This document shows, in pieces, positions 1-12,000 of a stretch of DNA of 64,000 nt. This DNA comes from Macrostomum lignano. Taxonomy: Eukaryota. The notes under the pieces are model-generated. The model was not told where the DNA came from. It saw nothing but the letters and a program-made list of their open reading frames with translations, and made no database searches. The stretch covers positions 186,001 through 250,000 of the forward strand of contig NIVC01000385.1 of NCBI GenBank assembly GCA_002269645.1, read 5' to 3'. A program made the translations under genes and the position numbers. Positions within the stretch are counted from its first letter, which is position 1; every line of letters begins with the position of its first letter.

Positions 1-156
1 CCAAGACACCGGTTCAGGGAAGCGAGCAAACATATAAAGGCTGTGTGCGCTCGACTCGGGATTGAGTACGACGAGTGTTACTGGACGACTGCTCTGGTGA
101 GGACCCTGCAACAGCTGAAGAATGCTGCGGTTGTCTTCTCCCTGGATCCGAGATGA
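1..156 (+). CDS. 3' end of a tandem paralog of the cytochrome-b5 fatty-acid desaturase (5' part outside the window)
   Basis: Frame 1 reads PRHRFREASKHIKAVCARLGIEYDECYWTTALVRTLQQLKNAAVVFSLDPR*, identical in protein to the last 51 aa of ORF 4376-5698. DNA matches 5543-5698 apart from 4 synonymous changes and the stop codon. Confidence 0.9.
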   Translation, partial: PRHRFREASKHIKAVCARLGIEYDECYWTTALVRTLQQLKNAAVVFSLDPR

Positions 157-1217
157 GAACGAAAGCATGAGTGATTGTGTACTTAAGAATTTCTTAAAAT
201 ATTTACCTCCTATTTTATCACTCAAATACTGCTGCAAATGTAAGGGTATCTACCGCGTGCAAGGGTATTTTTTAATTTTTTAACTGTGGGTAAGTGGCTG
301 CTTTTAGCCTGAGGTTTACATAAACTAACAGTCTAACAGTCCAACAGCATGACAGCAGTAGTTTCAAGGCATTATCCATGAATGTTTCAAAATCAAACTC
401 TTGGCTCTTCCACCTCTACCAATCAGAGCTAGGTAACACTTGATAGGCAGCTGAGGTACAGAAGCGACAGTTTGATTTCTGATGGACTTCACGCTAGCAA
501 TTCGCAACAAGTTGCCATTGTGCGTCTCTGCCCGAATAAATCCAATAGATATGAGTAGCAAAGTGAATTTTCTCTTTAGTGGCTAATTTACCCCCATATT
601 GACGACTATTCATTCATGACTAACCGTTGATATGTAAATTTGGTAATCTCCAGTTGAGTTCACCTCAAAGTACTCCTATATACATGCTTATTTTAAGTAC
701 GCTCGTATATATTCACTTCTAGCAAAATAGCTCGTACGCTCTTTACTCGCAATTTTCTGGGTGCACAAAGAAAATGACTGATTTGAAAAAAAACAAAGGA
801 AATTTAAATGCCATGGTGCAACAAATTATATATCAGCAAGCTTAAAAAACTCAATTGTGTCAGTTCGCTTTTTCTTAGCTATTTATGTTGTAATCAATTG
901 TTATTTAAAAATATTTATTTGAACTTTTATTGACAGTACCATGATTTTTTTGTACAATCGAGCATCTGTTTCGCTCTTTTATCTAAAAATATCTTATTGA
1001 GGACTGAATATTTATGCTTTTTTAATGAGATAGGCTTAGTCTTTGATTTTCACGAATCCTGTTCGCGATGCCTCTCGTGATTCAAAATATAATTTGCCGA
1101 TAACCGGAAGGATCATTTCTGTATCCGCATGAGTACTGTGTACTGTACTCTAGAAGAAATGCTTTATTTAAGATTCTAAATATCTAATAGAACAGTTTTG
1201 TGCAGCTGCAAACCTAC

Positions 1218-1559
1218 CCACTGATCTCTGCTGGAGCATCACTACTCACAGGTTCCTTATCGAGTATCGCTACACACTGGTGCCTGATGGAGCATCGCTA
1301 CTCACTGATCCCTGGTGGAGCATCGCTACCCACTGATCCCTGGTGGAGCATCGCTACCCACAGGTTCCTTATCGAGTATCGCTACACACTGGTGCCTGAT
1401 GGAGCATCGCTACTCACTGATCCCTGGTGGAGCATCGCTACCCACTGATCCCTGGTGGAGCATCGCTACCCACTGATCCCTGCTGGAGCATCGCTACTCA
1501 CAGGTTCCTTATCGAGTATCGCTACACACTGGTGCCTGATGGAGCATCGCTACGCACTG
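1218..1559. repeat. Minisatellite, ~28-bp unit CCACTGATCCCTGGTGGAGCATCGCTAC with a recurring longer variant block
   Basis: Visible tandem units. Block CAGGTTCCTTATCGAGTATCGCTACACACTGGTGCCTGATGG recurs near 1249, 1361 and 1501. Confidence 0.9.
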
Positions 1560-2538
1560 GTCTGATAGAGTTTCGCTAACTTTTTCTGGAACTCAGCCAC
1601 ACCTTACCTGCTATTTAATCTAGTGTAACAATGTTTTTTAGCCCTCTTCCAAGATTTATTGATCAACCCAGCTCATAAACGCGATGAGCGGAACAGAAGT
1701 ACATGTAGTTCGAATTTTGAAATTTCGATGCCAGCTTAGCAGCAATTTCTTCCTACAGAAAGCAGAAATACGTTAATACTCGTACATGGATAACATGCCT
1801 AAATGCTCTGGTCTAAGCAATGCGACGTTATTAAAATTGTGATCTCAAATTTTCGTACTGCTGCGCTGCAGAAGAATAAATTTTAAATTTTCGTGCACAC
1901 TGTATTTGTCTAGCAGTGTACAGTCTAGTTAAAATATAGGTGAATGGGCTGGAAGGTTAGTCTAGGACGACTTTACACTCAAGATTTTTCTCAAAGCATG
2001 TTAGCACAATGACGCGCTCAAAAGCTAGCTTAGCCACTCGATCATCTGGGTCATGTCTGGGTGCAGGGTCGTAAGATCATATCTTCTGGGGGTGCAGGGG
2101 TCGAGTTTTCTTTGGAGACCAAAGAATGCCAGTGTATTCTTATATAGTGCCTGCGCGAGGTCCGTTTTCAAATACTTTTTCTGCTTGCGAACTCAGTTTT
2201 TTAAGATAAGGGCTGGACTCGCCTACTTTGCTTAGCTAGAAGTACAATTTTACGCAGCTTTTTATCTACATTTAATTTAAAGTAAGACTGTAGTTGGTCT
2301 TTACAGTCCATGGACCCTGCAAATAGAGCTGAAAAAACAATCTCTTAATCCATTAATAGAAGTATTTTATTTCTCGTAATTAATTGAAAGTCAATTTGTT
2401 TAGTTTGATGGAGCCGTTTTGAATGTACGCTTGTAGCGCCATGGGCGTCATTTTATTTAAGGAGCGCCAAGTTTGAATGGTTGAGTGATGCCAGAGTCAG
2501 GTCGTCAGGGTAAAAGGCGAAAGGGGCTCTAAGATAGA

Positions 2539-3011
2539 TACTGCAAGGGGCGCTGAAGATACTGCAAGGGGCGCTGAAGATACTGCAAGGGGCGCTGAAG
2601 ATATACAGTGTACTGCAAGGGGCGCTGAAGATACTGCAAGGGGCGCTGAAGATACAGTGTACTGCAAGGGGCGCTGAAGATACTGCAAGGGGCGCTGAAG
2701 ATACTGCAAGGGGCGCTGAAGATACTGCAAGGGGCGCTGAAGATACTGCAAGGGGCGCTGAAGATACTGCAAGGGGCACTGAAGATACTGGAAGGGGCGC
2801 TGTAGATACTGCAAGGGGCGCTGGAGATACTGGAAGGGGCGCTGTAGATACTGCAAGGGGCGCTGAAGATACTGGAAGGGGCGCTGAAGATACTGGAAGG
2901 GGCGCTGAAGATACTGGAAGGGGCGCTGTAGATACTGCAAGGGGCGCTGAAGATACTGCAAGGTGGCGCTGAAGATACTGCAAGGGGGCGCTGAGGCTAC
3001 TGCAAGGGGCG
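2539..3011. repeat. Minisatellite, 21-bp unit CTGCAAGGGGCGCTGAAGATA
   Basis: About 20 near-identical tandem units; source of the spurious LQYLQRP/VSSAPLA ORFs. Confidence 0.95.
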
Positions 3012-4375
3012 CCATATACTTTTATCAACTAACCGATTGAGGGCGTAGACGCAGCCTCCTTTTGTCCTCTTGCTACGCCTTAAACATAATGAAATAATTT
3101 CCCTGCGGTGCAGCACCTGCTTTCTCTCCTAAAATTCTAAGCCTTTGTATTACAGCAGCATTGGAACTCATTGTGCGTGTCTGGAGACGCTTAGACTCGA
3201 ATACAGCTATGCAATGGCCTGTCCGATGATGCAGAGTTCCGCATCTCGAGCCGCACTGCAACACGGTAGCTGCAACCGATGCCCACCAGTTGGCTTCTCT
3301 CTATTACAGGTCCGAGAGCTCGTCTCAACTCAGTCTAAATTTTTCTAACTTTTGACTTAAAAAGAGAACCGCATTTGAAAATGTTGAATAGGACAGCAAA
3401 TGAAGCTACAGTCGCAGGTGTAGGTGTTATTTGAGTTTGCAAACCGCTCTGACTTCGAGACGGACCTAATGAAACATAAGATAACACGAAGAAAGTAAAA
3501 TATTTTAGTCATACTAAATAGTTTTCATGTGAAACAATATAGGACATACGAATAATTAAATGCTTCTCCTCTTGTGAGTCGCCAGAGTAGTCATAGGCTC
3601 TTAGGAACGTTTCAAAAAGTGACAGGACTAGCAGAATATTGAATTTCGAATATGATACGTAATAACAGTAAACAATTGGATTTTCGTTGTAAAATTGGGC
3701 GCATGGCCCTTCATAAAAAATTGGGGAGCAATGGTCGAAGGTCCCTCTTCAGGATATAATGGGTGGAGACGCGAGTTTTCAAGGTGGAGCAACATCCAGA
3801 TTACGAGTCAACGCCTTAGCAAGCAAGCAAGCATATAATCTTAATTGCATCGAAATCGATGTTTAAGAAGTGATTCCAATGAGCTAAAAAAATAAATAAA
3901 AGTTTTGACCATTGACAGAGTCGATGATGAGAGGTTGCTGCTGACATCCTTCTTCGTGCTGATGTCTATGGCCGAATTATCGCATTGTTAGCCTTTTTCC
4001 GTCTGGATCTGTTTACGGGTAAGATAAAATCTACTGCTACCAAATGGGAATGCTTAACTTGGCTGACAAAAGCAATATTAGGATCGCATGGTGCGTTTTT
4101 CTATGTTTGGCTCTTTTTCAGTCCTGATTTATTATTAAGCTGTCCTTGCATGGGTTACTCGCAAATGTCGAGCCAATAAACCCACGAAGTCTATGGCCGT
4201 GACATATGCTTATTATTTCCATAAATTCACGGCTAAAAAATTATTTCCTTTTTCGCCAGAACTAAAATTAGTTCATGCAAAAATTATTTTAGACTGCATC
4301 TACACTAAACTCTCACCGAACGTTGCTTGAGAAATATCCAGATAGCTTACAGGCAGAAGTGACGCAAGATCCAAA

Positions 4376-5698
4376 ATGGACAATGGAGATTCCAGCGGTT
4401 ATCCAGAGCCGCAAAGCGTCTGTAGGGACCGAAAATCAAAACAGTCTATTCTTCCAACGAGGACCGAGGCGTACAAGGCTTACATGAGTTCCCATCCGAC
4501 TGCCAAGCTCATCGGAATCAACGGTGGATGGTATGACATTTCCAAATTCATCCCGCACCACCCAGGCGGCTCTGTGATTGCTCAGTTTGTTGGCAAAGAC
4601 GCTACTCCCGTGTTCAAAGGGCTGCACACCAAGGATGTGCTTAAACACATGCGGCCTGTAGCCACCTACAGACTGAGCGAAGACGACCCTGCCGCTGAGG
4701 CGTTCGCAGAGCTGCACCAGTTCTTCATCAAGCAGGGCTTCTTTCAAACCAGTGCAGTGTGGTATGCCGGCAAGATGGCGTTTGCAGCCTATTTGTTGGC
4801 TCTCACGTTGTTTCTGGTTGTGGGCTGCAGCTCTTGGTACTGGCACTGTCTGGCCAGCTGCAGCCTCGCTCTGTTTTGGCAGCAATGCGGATTCTTTATG
4901 CACGACTTCATGCACAGCCAAGGCTTCCACGAGCGCAAGATTGACAACTGGATCGGCCTCGCGTGTGGAACGCTCGGTGTGGGCGTCAACAGCTTCTGGT
5001 GGCAGGAAGAGCACTACGTCCACCACGCACTCACCAATACGGTCGACTATGAGAATGGGTTTTTCGACCCTCAGATGAAAGAGGAATCGTGGGCGCAAAA
5101 CAAAAAGTTGTTCCCATTCTTCACAACGAGACTGCAGCGCGCGCTGATTGCAATTCAGCATTGGACGTTCCTTCCCATCTGCATCATTGTGGGAAGACCG
5201 TACATCGTTATAGCAGCAATTGTGAGTGAAAGAAGACCTATTGTGTGGCTGGCTCTGATTTTGCACATTATCTGGGTGAGCGTTCTCTTGTGCCAACTTC
5301 CGACTTGGACTCAAGTTTTTGTAACTTACTCTTTGGCGTCAATGCTAGAAGGAATTCTCCATGTCCAGTTATTGGTAAATCACTACTGCAAGCCTTTCTA
5401 CGAACGTAAGGAGGTCTGCGAGGAGACCAACTGGTACCGAATGCAGGTTGAGTGCAACATCAACATAAAGAACCCCGTGTGGATGGACTGGTTTCATGGC
5501 GGGCTGAACTTTCACATCGAGCACCACCTGTTTCCGCTGATGCCAAGACATCGGTTCAGGGAAGCGAGCAAACACATAAAGGCTGTGTGCGCTCGACTCG
5601 GGATTGAGTACGACGAGTGTTACTGGACGACTGCTCTGGTGAGGACCCTGCAACAGCTGAAGAATGCTGCGGTTGTCTTCTCCCTGGATCCTAGGTAG
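4376..5698 (+). CDS. Cytochrome b5-fused (front-end-type) fatty acid/sphingolipid desaturase, intronless, 440 aa
   Basis: N-terminal b5 domain with HPGG (WYDISKFIPHHPGG); His boxes HDFMH, HYVHH and HIEHH (WFHGGLNFHIEHHLFP); hydrophobic membrane segments; WQQCG motif before box 1. Confidence 0.95.
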   Translation: MDNGDSSGYPEPQSVCRDRKSKQSILPTRTEAYKAYMSSHPTAKLIGINGGWYDISKFIPHHPGGSVIAQFVGKDATPVFKGLHTKDVLKHMRPVATYRLSEDDPAAEAFAELHQFFIKQGFFQTSAVWYAGKMAFAAYLLALTLFLVVGCSSWYWHCLASCSLALFWQQCGFFMHDFMHSQGFHERKIDNWIGLACGTLGVGVNSFWWQEEHYVHHALTNTVDYENGFFDPQMKEESWAQNKKLFPFFTTRLQRALIAIQHWTFLPICIIVGRPYIVIAAIVSERRPIVWLALILHIIWVSVLLCQLPTWTQVFVTYSLASMLEGILHVQLLVNHYCKPFYERKEVCEETNWYRMQVECNINIKNPVWMDWFHGGLNFHIEHHLFPLMPRHRFREASKHIKAVCARLGIEYDECYWTTALVRTLQQLKNAAVVFSLDPR

Positions 5699-6330
5699 AG
5701 CAGTGCTTGATATAATTAAACTTGCGAAACAGGTATCGGTAAGAACCCTGCATGTCGAGTGCATTTTTGTTGGCTGATCTTTAAAGGCTCGTCTATTTAT
5801 GTATTTTTTAATAAATATTTTAATTTCGCTGCGTTTTTAGCGGTATTATTTAATAAAAGTTACGAATAACTATAGTTTCAATGGTTATCTGTCACCTTTT
5901 GTAACTTGACGACCTTAATTGTACTATTTGATAGGTTCCTAGGTACTCGTAATTGTTTTGATTTTGTAATTTAATGACGTTTGAAATTTGTGAAAATGGT
6001 AATGTCAGATTGTCAGTTAAGAGTTGACCTGCTGGTTGTTGTTGTAATTCGATCTGAACCCGAATTAAAAAATTCATGGATTACACTAGCTGCTATACAT
6101 TTCTCTGGTACCAGTCGAAAGACCGTATTAGCTGAGTAAATACCAAGTATAGGAGCTAGATTAAATCCTTCTAGACGTGACTTTCTGAACATATTTCTAC
6201 AGAAAAAGGGATTCTTTATTAGCCTGAAGGGCCAGATAAAGAATTCAGCCCACTTGGCTGCGGGCCAGGTGAGAGGAAAGTAAAGGGAATAGAGGAGATG
6301 GAAGAGGGAAGATAAGATATAGAATAGGGG

Positions 6331-6440
6331 AGAGAAGAGAGCTGAGAAGAGACATTAACATTGAGCGGGCCGGATTGCTATTGTACAGTTTCAAAGGACC
6401 CCAAGAGGGCCGGATAGAGAGGCTTCGCGGGCAGGAGTTC
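6331..6440. mobile_element. Dispersed repeat copy A (family also at 9809-9903 and 10901-11000), class unresolved
   Basis: GAGCTGAGAAGAGAC...GATTGCTATTGTACAGTTTCAAAGGACC aligns by eye to 10901-10970 and to the reverse complement of 9836-9903; adjoins a purine-rich tract. Confidence 0.6.
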
Positions 6441-9037
6441 GACAGAGTATCAGTGCTAAAGTTTATGCTAGTAAAAATAAGAAAATGTGTGCAGATAGTC
6501 TTGAGCGACGGCAAAAATCTGTTAACTTTATTTTGAATACAGTACACGCTAGCTACTGAGGTTCGGAATTGCTGGCCAAAAATGAAAACTGATTGCCTTA
6601 TTTTATGGCTCTTAGTTTACATCACTTTTCAAACAAAATTTCAAATGAGCCGGATTAACTGCGGTTAGGAGTTAAAAAATAGAATTTTGAATTGGCATAG
6701 TTTTATCGCTATAATAATTTTCAATGAGCATGCATATATGCACCTTCAATAAAAATATATCGATTAGTAGTTTTGTGCCATAAAGTGAAATGCGCACCTA
6801 ACTCTCGAGAGTAGAAAAGTTACTTTTTACTTTGGGTGGGGCCAGGGCTAGATGCCAGACACATCATGGAGAGAAACTTGGAGATTCGGAACACCCATAG
6901 CCATATGTACTCCATGGCTTGTCTAAATAGATTGAAATTTGTCGGATTGATTGGAAATTTCCCAGTATGAGCCATAGATAGGAGGACAGAAAAAGCCAAT
7001 TCATAGCCAACTGTCGGAATTGATTGCAAATTGTTTGAATTGATTGCAAAGTGTCGGTTTCTTGTGGTAGCTTGTTTGCTTTGTTTGAAAATTGTCGCTT
7101 TTGAAAGCACATTTGTCGGAATTGAATACACGTCCGGCCAAGAACTACCATAAACTGTCTGAATTGAATGAAAAGATTTTGACTTTGATTGCACGTTTGC
7201 CAAAATAGAATGGAAAAAGGTGTAGTATGCCTTAGAGAAATCGGATCTTTGTGGTGCAGTTTTTTCTCGACCAAATTTGTCTATGGCAATTAAAACCCCT
7301 TTCAGCGCTATGCGTCCTCGAGCGCATTTTATTGCAAAAAATTCACTATGTAATACAGTAGGACAAACATACGTTCTTACCGCGGCCTCCAGCTCATTTC
7401 TAAGATGTCTAAGAGCAGTACAGTTGTCAACATCATGGTACAGCACTGGCACGCTTGTATGCATGCGCTCAGAAGCTAGCGGAATGGGCAGAATTGCCTC
7501 AGCGCTGGATGTGGGACGATGTCGCCGAAAGCTCGCAACTTTCTAGCAAAAATTCATATGGTTCCTCAGTTGCGCACTTGCGTCTAAAGTTCATAATTAA
7601 GGTTTTTTAACAAAATATAAATGAACAAATTTGAAACACTGCTCATCGGCTGATTGTCTTAGTTCTTTCAAATCATAAAAAATTCACTGCTATTTATTAA
7701 TCAACGAAAAAAGGTGGCGAGTAAAAGTACTCGCAAATTTGAGAGCGGTTTTTGTTATAATTTATTGGCACTAAAATCGGACAGCAGTACAGGAAGGAGG
7801 TTCGTATCTTTTCTCCAGCTGCATACTGGGGGGCAATGGGCCATCCAGCCTAGCAGCTAAAATCGATGGCTCATGTATCAATCGGCTCACAAAATAATGA
7901 AAATAAAAGTACATAGCACTTAGACGGGTCAAATAGGGATTAGAGAAATCTTTGGGCTCGCCTAACTACTGTCGGTAATATGAAACCGGCATTTGGACAC
8001 TTGAATAGACTCAGTTTGCAAGGAACGGTGCTTGTGGGAATGATGCAACCAAAATCAATTTGAAGACTGATACAGAAAAATATCTAAACAAACGCTTCCA
8101 GCTTGGTTAACGTGTCGGTAATTAAACAGCACGCGTATAAAATTAATGCATTGGTTTTTATAACGGAATGTTTATAACGGTCGTATTGGCGTGCAAAAAA
8201 TCGTGGATAAATATCCTGAGAAATGTGCACAGCAGACAGAAAGCAATTCAACTACAGGGTTTGTTCTCGAAAACAAAAACATCATTCAGCTTTACGCCTA
8301 TTTTAGAAGCAAATTTACAATGGAAGAACGAATGATGCGCTTATAAAATTCGACTCGCAGAGTACAGTTAGCACGCGACAGAATATTGGCTCAAAGCGGA
8401 CCAGCAGTTCTTAATAGAAATGAACCATCAAATTTAGCTCAATTATTTAGCACAAGATCGTATGTACGTTCGTTTCGTGTAAAACTAACTTGAACATACT
8501 TACGGCAGAAAAAGTGTCGCTGCAATCATATAGCAGCAATTAGAAATCAATCTTCGGAATCGCATATGGCTGGATAGCATAGCAACACAGACTAAATTTA
8601 ATGAAAGTCACACAAGGCAATATCGAAAACGGTTAAAAACTGTACGCAATTGCGCAGTTCACTGAATTTGCACACTTGAATACGCCAGAACGCACATGAA
8701 TTGACACAGGTGGGAAGTTCCTAGTGGGCAGGAACAAGCAGAGGTTAAAATAATTAGTAAGAGAGAGATAGCCGCACACGGTAGCAACGATTAAATCAAC
8801 AGTGGCAAGCACTCGTGGCTGCTTTCAGACAGATTCCAAAAATTCAGATAGAACCCATTCGCACACCGAAAGAAGAAACAAAAGTTCAAGGATATGCACA
8901 AATAGCTACTGCTCTAACAGTTACTATTCACATAATTGTAAACTTCACTGTCACCAATGAAGCAATCATGTCTGTTTAGATCAGATTGATTCACCAGATT
9001 AAAGTACCAGCGTACTTCAATTGTCCGCAGAACAGCC

Positions 9038-12000
9038 TCAGCCTAGCAGCAAATTGTACTCCCTATTCAGAGTCATCAGGACATCGTCTGCGGACGGGCG
9101 CTGCTGTGGGTCGAGCTGCCAGGTGCGCCGCATGCACTCGTACACGGGCACCGGACAGTCTTTGGGCGGCGGCAGCCGGTAGCCGGACTCCACCTCGCTG
9201 ACCACATCCTTGACGCCGATGCCCGGGTAAGGCAAGCGGCCAAACGAGTACAGTTCCCAGAGAAACACGCCCAGAGACCAGATGTCCGAGGCGAAGCTGA
9301 ACTCGCTGTTCAGAATGGCCTCGGGCGCCGTCCACTTCACGGGTAGTCGGCCGGTGCGCTCGCACTGGTCAACGCGGCGGCTCATGCCGAAGTCGCCCAG
9401 CTTGGCGATGCCCGGCTCACCAGTGATGAACACGTTGCGACAGGCGATGTCGCGGTGAATAAGCTGGCGCAGCTGCAGGTACTGCACAGCGCTGGCAATG
9501 TTGATAGCCAAGCCGAGCTGCTGGCGCTGGTCGAGCTGGGCCTGGCCGCGGGTGCGCAGCCAGTTCAACAGGCAGCCGCCCGGGCAGAACTCGGTGAGCA
9601 GGTACAGGCACTCAGCAGCCGGCTCGCTGACAAGGCCGATGAAGCGCACCAGGTTTGGGTGAATGCCGGCTATGGTCATTGCCGAGGCTTCGTGCAGACC
9701 GAGCACCGAGGACCCGCTGAGCTGCTTGATCACCTTGGCTGCCACTGGGGAGCCGTTCAGTGAGGCCTGCGCAGGTTCAGTCAGAAGAATTTATCGTATA
9801 ACGCAGGGGTCGGCAAAGCCTCTTAAGCCTTCAGGTCTTTGGAGACTTCACAATAGCAATGCGACTCGCTCACGGTTGATGCCTCTTCTCGGCTTCTTTC
9901 TCTCTTTTCTCCTGCTTCCTCTTCTCTCCTCTCTTCTTCTCTTCTCTGTTCTCTCCCCTCTTTTCTCCTCTCTCCTCTTCTCTGCTCTGTCCTATCTCCA
10001 ATCTTATCTCTTCTATCTTCTGCCCTCTGCTCTGTTCTCTCCTTGCTGCCCCTTCTCTCTTCTCTTCTCTCCTCTCTCCCCTTTTCTCTCTCTCCTTTCA
10101 ATAATCTCATTTATCTTGTCATCTCCATTCTCTCTTCTCTCATATCTTCTATTATATTTTTTCTAATCTCTTTTCTCATCTCCTCATTCCTATTTTTCTC
10201 CTCTCCTCTCTCATCAGAACTCTGCTCAAATTTCATTTTAGGTGTCCAAGACTTAGTTGCAACTGCCCTGTAATCCAAGTGCTTCACGTATTACTATTAT
10301 AATTTTATGTACAACCCAAACAGACAAAGTACCAGGTGTCTTTCAGTGTGCGCCACAATCCCACTTATTTGATAGCTTTGTGCGAAAAGAATTCAAAGGC
10401 GTTGATGCCATTCAAACCTTGCAAACTTCGGCAAAATCGCCGCGCCCAATGGAGCCCTCGATTGTGAGTTCGGCACCCTCAACGAGCCAGCCGGTGCTCT
10501 GAAAGCATTCGATGCCACCTGGCGACACCAGCGGCCCGAGTTTCTCCAAAGGCGAGCGCAGTGTGCAGCAGAGTCCATCGTCCCGCCTCGAATAGTGCTG
10601 CACCAGCGCCTCCAGAGTGTCAAACAGTTCCTCCTCATCCAATGTGTAGGAATTGTTCTGCATGCCATTTTGTTTGCGGGAGATTAGGAAATTTTTTATT
10701 AATTAAATACATTTAAATAATAATGGGTGAAAATCTCATATCTTACAGTCGATAAAAGCTCTTGAGCTTTGACCAAATAAAAACGCTGCTATGCAAAACT
10801 ATATATGTTCAGCAGCTCTGGCTAAGAGAGAAAAGAGACAAAATGATAGGATAGATGGGACGAGAATGAAAAGGAGAGGAGAAAGAAAAGGAAACAGGGG
10901 GAGAAAAGAGAGCTGAGAAGAGACACAGACCTTCAGCAGGCTGGACTGCTATTGTAAAGTTTCAAAGGACCCAAAGGCTTAATAGAGAGGCTTTGCAGAC
11001 TGAATATGGCCTGTAGGCAGGAGTTTGCATATTATTGAATAGAGCCATAATTCAACTTGATAACTAAGTCACACCAAAATGGCTTCAAGTCAGTTGTTAA
11101 CTTATATAAGACACTGAAATTTTGCTAAGTAGCCAAGAATTCCATTGACTATAACATATAAACATAGTAAATAAAGACTTTGTGGGAAAATTACTTTTTA
11201 TATAGCTTCTAAAGTGTAATAAAGCAATAAATTCAAATGTCAAGAGCTGTCTCCTTTGCCATTCCCTGTTCTATGGTTATTGGCTTATTTTATATACATA
11301 TACTTAAAGCAAATATTAAATCATACATCAGATTTTTATATTTAAAGAAAATACCTATTCTATAGAAATATTTTTAACATATACAAAATTACCATTGAAA
11401 GCCAGTAATAAGTAATATTTTAGTATCAATTATGAATACTAGTGGCCTTTAAATTCTATAGTTTTGTCTTTTGTTTCTATCTATTATTTTTGTCAGTGGC
11501 CAAAATGCATGCATGTAACATTTTATAAAAAAGCAGAGAAAAAGCAATTAATATGATTCAATAATTTATTCACTTATTAGCTAATTAAACTGCCATTTAA
11601 AGATATACCCACAATACTCTTAATACCAATATGCTGTTTTGCTAATATAAAAAGTGCAAACTTTAAATTTGTATTAGAAATATCTTAGGTATAGTTTTTT
11701 ATTGCTAATCACTTTGGAAATCAAATAGTATTGTTGACTTGATATGAAATGTTATACTCAATAAAACAAATATGAAAAATCATATTACTAAAATTTTATC
11801 TCATTTAGACAATCCTATTATGTATAATGAATATAGTTTGGAACTTTTATAATACCCCTTACTTATTGTATTTGCTACAAAGTTTAGAAAAATAATATTC
11901 AATTGTTTATATACAATGAATCATGAATGCATTATATTAAAAAACTATTTAGTTTATTTTTTAATAAATTTGACAGAAATCAAATCATAGATTGTTCAAT

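Noticed and set aside
2064-2319. CAGGGTC...GACCCTG as hAT termini
   Set aside because: Only a 7-bp inverted match, and the flanking 8-mers differ (no TSD).
4436-5764. Minus-strand ORFs of 292 and 131 aa over the desaturase
   Set aside because: Antisense shadows of a GC-rich CDS with no recognisable domain.
6820-7546. 214-aa and 136-aa ORFs
   Set aside because: No recognisable domain. The region contains degenerate TGTCGGAATTGA repeats and a ~35-bp match to 45113-45147, suggesting an old repeat remnant too decayed to classify.
9804-10270. CAGGGGTCGGCAA (Charlie-like TIR) to CCCTG as a complete hAT element
   Set aside because: The right end matches weakly and the flanks GTATAACG and TAATCCAA are not a TSD; kept only as an unclassified repeat.
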